A DNA stretch of 64,000 bases, taken from assembly GCF_018977255.1 (NCBI RefSeq), contig NW_024704742.1, forward strand, positions 2,048,001 to 2,112,000, written 5' to 3'. A model generated the notes under the pieces. That model did no database searches. It saw only the letters and a program-made list of their open reading frames with translations, and had not been told where the DNA came from. The translations under genes and the position numbers were made by a program. The stretch comes from Callorhinchus milii. Lineage: Eukaryota. The number at the start of each line of letters is the position of its first letter. The first letter of the stretch is position 1. Below, in pieces: positions 38,141-49,476 of this stretch.

Positions 38141-38474
38141 GGAGTCCTGTAGCTCAGTGGTTAGAGCACTCGCTTTGCAAGTGAGAGACCTGAGTTCAAT
38201 TCCAGGCAGAGGGCCAAACCTTGGGCAAGTTTCCTTACTCCACACAGAGCCTAATAATAGTCCCTCCAAAACCAAAAACAATAATAAATTGGTCATTTTC
38301 AATCTACGACTGTTTGTGGGACATTGCTGTGCGCAATTGGCTGCCACGTTCGCCCACAAATATACAGTCAATTCACTTTACAGTGTGTTCTGTGAAGCGC
38401 TTTGGGACGTCCTCCCGACGCGAAAAGTGCTATATCAAATGCAAGGATTATTATTATTATTTATTATTATTATT
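38141..38474 (+). mobile_element. tRNA(Ala)-derived SINE, short (young) subfamily, full length
   Basis: Intact A box (TAGCTCAGTGG), CTCGC-TTTGCAA-GTGAG anticodon-like arm, B box, Deu 3' core, L2 tail, (ATT)n. Confidence 0.95.
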
Positions 38475-38940
38475 AACTTTAAATATCTGAAGGGAACGAC
38501 AGCCTGCTTCTCAGAGCTACTCAGCTTCTGCTCGCTCTGTGCCGTGATGAAGGTTATTCCCGAGTGAATATCGCAGCGTCTTCTCTGGCTGTGTTCAGAA
38601 ATGTTTTGCCCCCTTTTAAGGGCTCTGCTTTGCGCTGCTGTCTGCGTTCTGACAGTATCGGGACACGAAAGCTGCTGTGTTTTTCTCTCAAAACGAAACT
38701 GCCTGTCGTTGAAACGAAACCTGTCATCTCTCCGATATTCAACCCATTTTAACTTTCAAAGTGGTTAAAATGCATAAATTCCCAATGATTGTTTAGCTGG
38801 GGTCCCCGTCATTTGATTTAGCATATGTACTTTCCTCCTTACGGAAACGAATGATTCGACACCGAGTGCGACAACACGGGGACCTTCTATTTACTGCGAA
38901 ATTTTGAGGATGGCTTGCTGCCTTCGGTGTGAACTACATT

Positions 38941-39267
38941 TAATAATAATAATAATAATAATAATCCTTGCATTTGATATAGCGCTTTTCACGTCGGGAG
39001 GACGTCCCAAAGCGCTTCACAGAACACACTGTAAAGTGAATTGACTGTATATTTGTGGGCGAACGCGGCAGCCAATTGCGCACAGCAATGTCCCACAAAC
39101 AGTCGTAGATTGAAAATGACCAATTTAATTATTGTTTTTAGTTTTGGAGGGATTATTATTAGGCGTGTGGAGTAAGGAAACTTGCCCAAGGTTTCGCCCT
39201 GCCTGGAAATGAACTCAGGTCTCTCACTTGCAAAGCGAGTGCTCTAACCACTGAGCTACAGGACTCC
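38941..39267 (-). mobile_element. tRNA(Ala)-derived SINE, short (young) subfamily, full length
   Basis: Reverse complement is near-identical to 38141-38474. Confidence 0.95.
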
Positions 39268-40004
39268 AAATGATGCAGTTCGCAGACATAACCTCCTATT
39301 GATTAAACAGTCTAATTAAATCCCACTTTAATTCCTTTAAAATGCCCCCAAGGAGACCCAGAGAGGCGAAACAAGCAATATTTAATGGCATTCATGGTAC
39401 AAAGTAGAACATCTGTTTGGAGCGTCTCAGTGGTACCCTTTACGGACCAAAACTTTTAATTGAGGAGCCTTTTGAATGCACTAAAGGCTGCAGGGACTCC
39501 ATGCGCAAAGACCCTGCACATATCAACCAACTCGCAATAAAAGCATATTTATTTGTGCATTGCTGTGCGGAAACCATTTTGTATCTGTCAGCAGTACGGA
39601 ATAACAGTAATGAGACATCTTACCTTTAAGTTATCAATATGCGGATTCACATTCAATGTCCCTGTCGATGTATTAACTAAATGACAGACATATATATATA
39701 TATCATGGCACTTGTGCTGTACGTTGATTTAATTTCCATTTGGAATTACTGTCAGGACAGCGCCTGAACGTGTGTCAGAAGCTTCACCTCTGCCTCAACT
39801 TCATTTGAATCTTTGTCAGGAATCCAAGCGTTTAATAACCGAGAGCTTGAGGGCTGATGAATTGTCGAGTCTGCAGTGTCAATTCAGCTCTCTTGATTAT
39901 TACGATCTTCCTTGTTGACGGTCCACCAATAATGCTCTGGATTATTGTACAGGGACTGCACAAAATTTAGACAAAATTCTGTGTGACAGTGTATAAGTTT
40001 GTGT

Positions 40005-40316
40005 GGAGTTCTCCAGTGCATTGGTTAGAGAGCTCGCCTCACAAGCAAGAGGACCTGGGTTTGATTCCTGGGCAGGGCAAACCTTAGGCAAGTTTCCTTA
40101 CTCCACACGCCTCTGTTTACCGAGTCGTAACTCGGAACCCAGTTGTTAATCGATTGGCGGATCGCTTTTCTGGTGGTAACAAACCCTTCAATTTTTTTTT
40201 GGAAGAAATAATAATTTGGTCACTCGATCCACTTCCATGACTGCGTGCGACACGTTGCTGTGCGCAATTGGCTGCTGCATTTCACCCGCAAATTATCCAG
40301 TCAATTCACTCCACGG
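40005..40316 (+). mobile_element. tRNA-derived SINE, long subfamily, tail missing
   Basis: GGTTAGAGAGCTCGCCTCACAAGCAAGAGGACCTGGGTTTGATTCC head, internal segment and core present. Confidence 0.85.
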
Positions 40317-42797
40317 TGAGCTGGGGTTGGATTCAGGAGAGACGGGGCTTGGGTTGGGAAGATGACAGAAGGCGCACTCGAAGAGGAAATCCTTGATACA
40401 GACCTTGAAGGAGGCAAGGGAAGGGTGGAGGTGAAGTACCTCACTCAGCCTGTATCAGCTCATATGTAGTAGAAATTACACGCGCAGTCTGTGCCACTGA
40501 GAGAGCAGTATAAAATACAAAGTGTGGTGCTGAGAACCAAATGAGCTCACTCATCCCTCTCTTATGGTGGGTCAGTTGTCATTGTTGTGACTGAAATAAC
40601 ACTACGATGCATCTGATGCGCTTCGGACCCCTGACATAACGCACTTTATTTATGACTTCCATTCCAATAGAGAGACGCCCACACGAAACAGGGTTTTGCT
40701 TGGCTTCAAAAAAAAAACAACCTAATAAAGTAGGGTCTGAGGTATTACATAAAATAACTGACGTGGCGAAAGGGTTTACAAGGCTGTAATTCAATCTTGG
40801 AGTTATGTCGAACTTTATAAGGTTCTCGAGCAGCACTCTTGTTTATAGTGTCACCGCAACCTTTTGATTGAATTCTGAGTCTGTAATTCACTCCGCAGTA
40901 ACTATTGTTCTGTATAATGCAGCACTCACGGAAAGAAAGCTTTCAAGCTTGATCCTGAATTGGCAAACTCTGCTGCTAATTAAAACATTTGTTTACATGC
41001 CTAATCACCCAATCTGCCTCGGTATTTCAAGTCAAATGGCTTCTGTGAAGTGATTAGGTTTTAAATGATTGCGCTGTTTTACTGTGTCGTACACGGAGTT
41101 TTAATTTTTCCCTTCTGCTCTTTGGACAGATATGTTGTTTGCAGGTGCGTAAAATCGCATGGCGTACAGTTAGCGCTGCGCACGTGAATCTGCACTGATT
41201 TTAATTGGGTAGAGTTAGGTTGGGCAAAATGAGGGCATATCATTTATCCTCATTGATGATCATCCACTCCTTGGCATTTGGCAATGGAGCGTTTTCTGTC
41301 CCTCTTAAGGATGACAAGCCGCAATTTATTTAAATCATCTGAAAACATAAAGAGGTCCAAGATTTCACCAGGTTTTAGCCTTTAAAACCGCTGTATCTTA
41401 AAATGGAAGAGTTTGTACAATTAGGGAAGATCCTTCAATTCAGTCTTAATTTGGAAGCTGTTTTTTATGCCGTTCTTCAAGGTTTAACACAGAGTTTAAA
41501 GAATTTTCAACGCATCTTCCGCAATCTTTAAATTTTAAGACAAAGTGTGCTCACAGCCCAAGCCTAAGTCAAATGTTGGGACCTCAGGCGTGTTGGAAAC
41601 CTATCGCTGTTGCCCCGTTACTCTGGGAGCGCTGGAGAAGATTCTCACGAGAAAAGTTAATAAGGTCAGTGCAAAGTTTTGATGGATCGCGTGTGTCCCA
41701 TTTGTGCTTTGTTTAACGCAGTGAAACCGGGGTCTAAATATAGATTCCTTCAGTCGACCAAATACGACCTGCTTCACCAGGTGCCACTTTACAACTTTAA
41801 AATGCCCGGTTTTAAAGAGAAACGTCCGAAATGCTTTGAGAGGTTTCGACGTGATACGGTGCTGTATCGCACACATGGGTTTTTATCGGTCGTAAAAGGA
41901 GTTATTGCCTCTTTCTATTGAGGCTGTACACGACTGGCTCACTCACATAACGATCGATGTACCAGCTGAGCAGATGTGACCTCATTGCATTTTATGTGTC
42001 ACTTAAGTATTCTTTATTTGTTCCATCTCTCTCCCCTGTGTGTGTGTGTGGGGGGGGGGGGAGATTAATTTTGAGCATGGATTGTTTATACCAAATTTTG
42101 AGTCCACTTATGGGTCTTAGATACTGAATATTAAGCCATAAACATAGTGCACAGTTTATGACCACTCTGACAACTAAGGGCTGTGTGTGTGTGTGTGTGT
42201 GTGTGGAGGGGGGTTGGTGGTGGTAGTGGGGTTGGGGTGGGGGGGGGGGAAGGAAATATAGCTAGTGATATTATCACTGGTAATGTTAAACATTAAATCT
42301 CTCCCTTGTTAGTTTTAAAGGGGATTTGGGTTCTTTACAACACAGTATCTAATAAAATGTGACTTTGGTTTCTACCTAATCATTGGACAAGACATTCATC
42401 TTCACAGGGTATTGGCTCAGTGTCTGAGTTCAGACCATCTCGGTCAGAACCTGATTATATTTCACAAGCCGGGAACACAGTCGGAGACAATTCCCATTGT
42501 CCGATATAGAATTGTTAATGCTATATTTCAAGAAATGGGTTGTGACCTATCATTCGTGCAACCTTTTTTCCCAAAGAAAGACCAGTACTTTTCTTTTGTT
42601 TTTTTTTAAAAAAGTAGTTCATAAACGCGAACATAGGAAATCAATGTGGCTTGAGCTCCGTTTTAACCCTTAGCCCGGCAGCAGGTTTGAATGTGTCCAG
42701 AAGGCAACCAATTCCACATGCTTCCAACTCACATCATTTGAAAAGAATATGGATATTGCAGCGATGCTCAGGCGTGTGGAAATTGCTTTGCGACTAG

Positions 42798-42972
42798 TAT
42801 TTGGTCACTCAATCCACGACTGTTTGAGCGACACTGCTGTACGCAATTGGCTGGCGCGTTTCACCCACAAAATATACAGTGGATTCGCTTCGCAGTATAT
42901 TCCTTGAAGTGCTTTGAGACGTCTTGAAGACGTGATAAGGTGCTACGTCAAATGCAAGAACTATTATCATTG
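42798..42972 (+). mobile_element. tRNA-derived SINE 3' half
   Basis: TTTGGTCACTCAATCCACGACTGTTTG...GCTTTGAGACGTCTTGAAGACGTGATAAGG. Confidence 0.85.
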
Positions 42973-43089
42973 TATTAACCTATTTTGAAATAATTTTGAT
43001 CCCAAGGTTTTTAAAAATAATTTGTAACCTTAAGAGCTTTAACTTATGGTTCCTCTTCGGCCTCACTAACAGAATATTTTAGGGTGTGT

Positions 43090-43480
43090 TCGTTAGCTCA
43101 GCTGGTAATCTCTAGGTCAGAAGTTTGTAGGCTCAAGCCTCACGCTGGGAGTTTACAGTCCAGGCTGACAGTGAATTGCCATCCTTCGGATTAGGCATTA
43201 AACTGAGGGCCTGTCTACCTGTTCAGATGGACATTGCAGATCCCATGGCACTATTCAAAAGAAGAAAGGAGTTTCTCCCAGTGTCCTGGCCAACCATCCC
43301 CCAAATAAAATCTGCTATTCACTTCATGGCTGTTAGTGGGACATTGCTGTACCCAAACTGACTTCTGCCTTTGCGTACAAATGCACAGTCACTCCATTTT
43401 ACAGTTAAATCGTATGAAGCTTATTGCCATATCTTCTTGACATGAAGAGCAATATATTAAATGTAAGGATTGTTATCATT
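43090..43480 (+). mobile_element. Deu-domain SINE
   Basis: TAGCTCAGCTGGTA head, CCTGTCTACCTGTTCAGATGGACATTGCAGATCCCATGGCACTATTCAAAAGAAGAAAGGAGTTTCTCCCAGTGTCCTGGCCAAC core, tail. Confidence 0.8.
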
Positions 43481-46114
43481 TTGGAGCTCAGAGCAATCTG
43501 TTTTCAAGATGTGTTTTATTGGCCGAATAAAAATACTGGCTCGACCGGTTTTACACCATTGGATATTCCCAACCTCTTGGGATTGATGAGAAATTGATGT
43601 GATGTAAGGAATGATGTGTAATGGTATTTCTTAGTTGGGAAAATAAGTGAAGACTCCTTCTGTTTAACTAGAAACACATCATAACAAAAGTCACGCCAAC
43701 TGGTGGGAACTCCACTCCGAATGTAGCTCTCGTTGACGTGTGCGTGACTCACTTTCTGGTTTCCTTATCAAACAATCTCATGAGAAATTGCCGCATGTTA
43801 GATCTACGGAAAGTCCTTGACGGTAAAGTCACACCAGAAATGTCACTGATGAGAATACAGTACTTGCCCCTGACCACCGTGACCCACCAATGGGAAAATC
43901 AATCGTTTCTTCGAGGCGCTCGCAATGGTAAGCCTTCCTGTTGGAGTGAACCCCAAAGGAACTTTGGGGAAGATGAACAGAAAACGTCTCACGATGTTGC
44001 TAGCAGCCGTTTCCATTCTTAGCTGCGCTTGCGAAGGAGTAATTTTACGCTCAGATTTAACTTTATGGGGTGAAAAATTAGATTTTTCCAAACGTTGTTT
44101 TGATGTGGTATCTACCGCTATTTTTTTCCTCGCCAATTAATGGAGACGTGCAGCAGAAGCTCTACGTGCTACTACCACAACAACAATTTACATTCATAAA
44201 TGCAAGCTGTTACTTCGCGTTGGGAGGACACGTTAAAAGTGCTGCGTGGAATCGACCGTGAGCTTGAACTGGGGAAGGGAAGTAGGTTAAGATGGTTTAC
44301 TGCTTGTGCAGGTACAAGAAGCAATCAGCAGTCGGAAGCCGTGGAATAATGACTGTTTGCGGAGTTGGTGCTTTCTGGTCCTGCAGAGATTAATTCGTGA
44401 GCTGGAATGCTGCTTTGCACAGAAATCTGAATCGTGGACATTGATGAGCAACCAGGGAGAGAGACCTGCTTTCCAATCTGTTTGGAATTCCAACCACGAT
44501 ACCTCATGCAGATGTAATGGGTTACCTGGACCACAAATCTCCTAAAGAAGTCCCTCAATGTAAAGGAAAATAGCGGTGGGGATGGGAGCGAGCGAGATTG
44601 GGAAACTGTATGGTTTGCATTGTGATACAGTACGTATTCCGTCAAATCCGTGGAACACTGCAATTTTCATCCTTACGTCTTCTTCTATTATGTACCGAAT
44701 TTACTTTAAACTCTGCGATATAGTACTAGTTTAGTACTGAATTGTCCTTCGCCACTTTACTCTCGAAGAAGTCACGCTGAGAAAGTCGAGGAACTGTAGC
44801 CTTTGCCACACACAGAATAACCAAAAAAAAATGGGTGCTTTGGGGATGTTACAAGGCAATAATACCTCAGGGAAATAAGACATTGAGAGTGAAGCTCACG
44901 AGGTTTGTAAACTCAGCTATGCCCTACGGTCGGATTCGTTTTTTTTTCAACAGAAAAGAAGTCAATCGAATAGATAATGCTTTGATCGATGGGTCTGTTA
45001 TCCGTTAAGAAGGGTCAGATTTTCAAATCAAAGCAGCATTCATTAGCGTTTCTTTCATTCAACACAAAAGCCATTCATCTTTCCGCTGGGCGTTCAAGGT
45101 GTATCCGACGCATTTTGGAATCCAATGAACAAAAGCCGACTTGAAATCTTTTCAAGCCCACAGTCCTTTCTCAATCCCAATCCTCTTTGCTTTGCTTTCT
45201 CCAACATTACTTTGTTTTGTCCACCATTGGCCGTAACTTGCATTTGTATAGCGCCCTTCGCATGGGGCAGTGACTCGGAGCAATACTTTGCATTTTTCGC
45301 CATTACCGCTTCGCAAGTGACCCTTGAGAAAACCTGAAGGAAGGACATATGCATCATCAGTGCAATTTTATTGTTGTCGGTGCACCCTGTGACGGTCGTT
45401 CTGTTCACCTGCAAATATGCGGTCACTGCACTTGGCGTTCCTCCCGGCGTGAAAGGCGCTCTATAAATGTCATGTTGTTGTTGTGGTTGTTGTCGTTGTT
45501 GACAATAATCCTGTGAGGCGCTTTGAGAGACTTCAACAACGTGGTAAGGCGCTGTATCAAAAAGCAAGGATTATTATAGCAAAGATGAAATTAACATTCC
45601 TTTAACACCAACAGCCATATGTATTCATGTAGTAGCCTTCACACAGCGTGTTGTCTTGGGGAGCTTGCTAGTGTCCAGTTTGCGTAACACCTGAGAGGAA
45701 TCGAACACCTGTCTGACCGCTGCAGAGCACTTATCTGACTCTTTCGGCCCATTCGGGACTTTGGACACCGTTGTCTTGAATTTTAAAAGATGCGAGCAAT
45801 TTTAGATTTTCATTTTTAGCCACAAGAACAGCTTCTTAACTTTGGAGGTTTAGCGTGTAATCATTTTAGGCGAATAGCTGATCACGATGACAATGATAAT
45901 GAAGACCAAAGTCCGCACGTTGTGCCAATAATCAATGTTGGCTTTAATTACTGAACACTGCAAATTTTAATTGCATTGCAGCATTCCTCCAATTGATCAA
46001 TACCAAAATGACAATTGCACAATCCAGGAGTTATGTCTTAATATCTGGCTACTTTGCTATCAGGCTGTTTCCCTCTCTGACCACGTGTATTTAGATTGCA
46101 GCAAATGTCTTAGT

Positions 46115-46557
46115 CTCGCTAAGTTGCTTGCATTCGTGCCTCTGAGTCAAAGGGCTGTGGATTTAAGCCGCACGTTGGCAGTTTGATTTCACCGAATAGT
46201 CTGACACCTTCAATACGGTACTGGAGGGTGTACTGCATTGTCATAAAGTGCCGTCCTCTGGGTGAAACGATAAATCGGGGTTCCGTTTGCCTTCAGGTGG
46301 ACGTTAAAGATCCCTTAGTGCTATTTGGAACGAGGAGGGAAGTTTTTCCCAGTGTCCTGGCCAACAAGTCACCCAGATATAATTGCTCATTCACTTCGTG
46401 GTTGTTTTACGGGACATTGTTGTGTGCAAATTGGTTGTCGTGTTTACCCACGTACACAGCCGGTGCATTTCGCAGTAAATCCAGTGAAATGCTTTGAGCC
46501 ATCTGAATAACATGAAAGGTGCTATATCAACGGCAAGAATTATTATGATTATTATTG
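46115..46557 (+). mobile_element. Deu-domain SINE
   Basis: GCCTCTGAGTCAAAGGG head and CAGGTGGACGTTAAAGATCCCTTAGTGCTATTTGGAA...CCCAGTGTCCTGGCCAAC...GTGCAAATTGG core. Confidence 0.8.
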
Positions 46558-47349
46558 TGCCAAAAATGCTGAAAGAATATGTATGTGCAAGTGCCAAATG
46601 TATAACATTGTTGTATTGCTTTCACGGTGATGTTTGTTGCCACCCCTAATATCGAGCTGTAGGAGAAGGAGCTGTATTAACCCCTCGATCTCACCAGCCC
46701 TCCGCCTGCACAGCTCTTGGGCATATCACAGAACATGTGCAGTCACTCATCAAAACATATAGTATATACTCAGTTGCTGTTCGCGGTCCTGAAATCTAAC
46801 CTTTCGAATGCGAATTTTAAAAGGTGACTTCTGTCTTATAATTGTGTGAAATTATTGAATTTAGTGGTAAATTGGCTGGCCGGCTTTTCCTTTTCTTTAA
46901 GTCAGCCCGCTTCAAAATTAAGATTCAAATTTAAGATTCCTTTCTGTGTTACGATCAGTGGGCAAATTTAAATTTTACGAACCAAAGGGTCCGATACGGT
47001 AAGATTCGGTGGAACCTCAGGCTCAACACCGTTCAATGTACAGTACCACACGCTTTCTAACCCTGAACTCCGAATAGCAGTTTCTCTCACGCGCTAAATC
47101 TTCACCGCAAACACCCCTTTGAAATGTTCTGTTCTCTTCGCCCTTCTCCCTTGCCTTGCCTGCCGTCAAGGAATGCTCTCTGTACCTATATTCAGGTCGC
47201 TGATACGTAGAGTTGCAAAGTATACTATTTCATAACGGTCTGGCTCCTACATGCCAACTGTTTTCCTCTCTACGCCATTAGGTTGCCGAGGTTAAAGTGC
47301 TTCGAGCCTCTCTTGCATGCTGTCTGCAAATCTATGTAAATGGCATCGC

Positions 47350-47719
47350 GGAATCCTGCAGCTCAGTGGTTAGAGGCACTCGCCTCACAAGCCAGAGACC
47401 TGGGTTCGGTTCCCGGTCGGGGCGAAACGTTGGGCAAGTTTCGTTACTCCACACGCCTCTGTTTACCGAGCAGTAAGTAGGAACCCGGTTGTTGGTCGAT
47501 TGGCGGATGGCATTTCCGAGGATGATAATCCTTAAAAAAACAATAATAATTTGGTCACTCAATCCACGACTGTTTGTGGGGACGCTGCTGTGCGCAATTG
47601 GCTGTCGCGTTTCGCCCACAAAATTTACAGTCAATTCACTTTACAGTATATTCTGTGAAGCGCTTTATCAAATGCAAGGATTCTTTTTATTATTATTATT
47701 ATTATTATTTTATTATTAT
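47350..47719 (+). mobile_element. tRNA-derived SINE, long subfamily
   Basis: Head, internal CCTCTGTTTACCGAGCAGTAAGTAGGAACCCGG segment, core and (ATT)n; the tail stem-loop is deleted. Confidence 0.9.
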
Positions 47720-47869
47720 CTACGTGAAGGGTACTATATAAATACAAGTTGCTGTTGTTGATGTCTTTATCGCTTTCAATTCCAAGCACTTAATTTTACT
47801 TATAGTCATTTCAATGGAAGCTCTTTGACTGCCTTCCGAGAATCTATACAAATGTAAGATCTGATGCCT

Positions 47870-48560
47870 ATACAGTTCTGTCAAACGATTCCATTAGGTT
47901 TATCAGATGTGACCTGCTTTTCATAAAACTGCTCTGCCTCACCTTGAGCAGCTCATTACCTATGCAAATGCTCAGTTTTTCTATCCTTAATGATGTATTC
48001 TGGTAATGTTCCCATTACCAATGTTAAATTGACTTGCTTCTTCCCCCTCTTGAATAATTATGGCACATTTGCCACCTGACAATCCTCGAGCATTACTTAA
48101 GAATCAGAGACCTTTGAAAGATTATAATGAATGCATCTTCAATTTGCTCATTTATTTATTTTAATACCCTGGAGGGGTGGAATTTATCAGTGATGGAAAT
48201 CTGCCTAACTTTGGTCCTTGTAGTTTATCTACTCTGGCTGTCTTGTTTATATTAATAAACCCTATAAATTTCATCATTTTCCCCTACCTCAAATATCATA
48301 ATCTACTCTCTACTGTCAGGACTGATGCAAAGTATTAATTTAGCAGTCCAGCCATGTCTCTATGCTCCATTATTGTGACGCTCACATCTCTTTAATGGGC
48401 CTACCTCCCTAATGCACCTTTCCAGCCTCTCTTCTTGCTGCGCTTATAATAACATTCTCAATAAAATTTGATACCATCGGCAAGTTTTATCCATATTCAA
48501 CCCTTGGGCGTCTTATTATTTTCTTGGGTCTCCTTTTGTTGCCCATCTTGTCCTCTGCTG
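47870..48560 (-). mobile_element. CR1 LINE ORF2 fragment, degenerate
   Basis: Minus-strand remnants (SSFMKSRSHLINL...FDR; IGNGNITR; LNxYFASV) of the CR1 tether/RT region. Confidence 0.6.
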
Positions 48561-49097
48561 GTTGGCGTATTTACCAACCAGTGGAAGATCTACCCTACCA
48601 TTCTTATAAAATGATCAGTGCAAAAACCTTGTGGAATTCTATCCAGCGGACGCCAGGAGTAAAATCCTTTTGCAAAGCACCAAAAAAAATCCAAGCCTTA
48701 GCTATTGCTGTCCCTACCCACCCCGACGTCTATTCCTGAGCTCTGCCAAGGTTGAAATCACCTCAGCATGTTATCTTTTTCTAAAATGCTACCGTGTCGC
48801 AGCCAGATTATTATTAGATGATTATGGAGAGCTCAATCAATCATTCTGATGCAGATGGGATTCAGCGATGCTTTGGTGTGCGCGTGCGACTAAATCTACG
48901 CTTGCAGCATGCCCGGCAGTGCCAGTGAGATGTTTCTGTGATAAAGGGTAGTTTGGTGATGTTTTGTACCCGGCTTTGATACCCTTTCATCCAGTCCAAT
49001 CACTGAGTTACACAAACCTCAAAACGGTGCAAAAGTACTTGCATTTCTGCATTTGATGGCACGGTTGCCCAAATGAAGAATGGATTAGGAGGGATGT

Positions 49098-49476
49098 AGA
49101 GTCCTGTAGCTCAGTGGTTAGAGCGCTCTGCGCGCAAGCGAGCGGACCTGGGTTTGATTCCCGGGCCGGGCGAAACGTTGGGCAAGTTTCCGTGCTCCAC
49201 ACACCTCTGTTTACCGAGCAGTAATTGGGAACCCTGTTGTTACTCGATTGGCAGATCGCTTTGCCGGGGATAATATCCCTTAAAAAGAATAATAGTCATT
49301 TTTTCAATTAATCCTCGATTGTTTGTGGGACACTGTTGCGCGCAATTGGCTTGCAATCTGCTATTTGGCCCACAAAATAAGCAGTCAATTTACTTTTCAG
49401 TATATCTTGTGGAGCGTTTTGAGACGTCTCGGAGACGTGATAAGGCGCTATACCGAATGCAAGGATTATCATTATT
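49098..49476 (+). mobile_element. tRNA-derived SINE, long subfamily, full length
   Basis: GAGTCCTGTAGCTCAGTGGTTAGAGCG head through GAGACGTCTCGGAGACGTGATAAGGCGCTATA tail. Confidence 0.9.

Noticed and set aside
38141..38215. tRNA-Ala gene (cloverleaf-like, TGC anticodon loop); likewise at 26292, 39195, 47350 and 49098
   Set aside because: Each is fused to the same downstream body and LINE-type tail and is dispersed in many copies. These are SINE heads, not tRNA genes.
43891..44090. MITE with terminal inverted repeats and an internal CCCCAAAG/CTTTGGGG hairpin
   Set aside because: The putative TIRs match only about 14 of 19 positions, with no target-site duplication or second copy seen.
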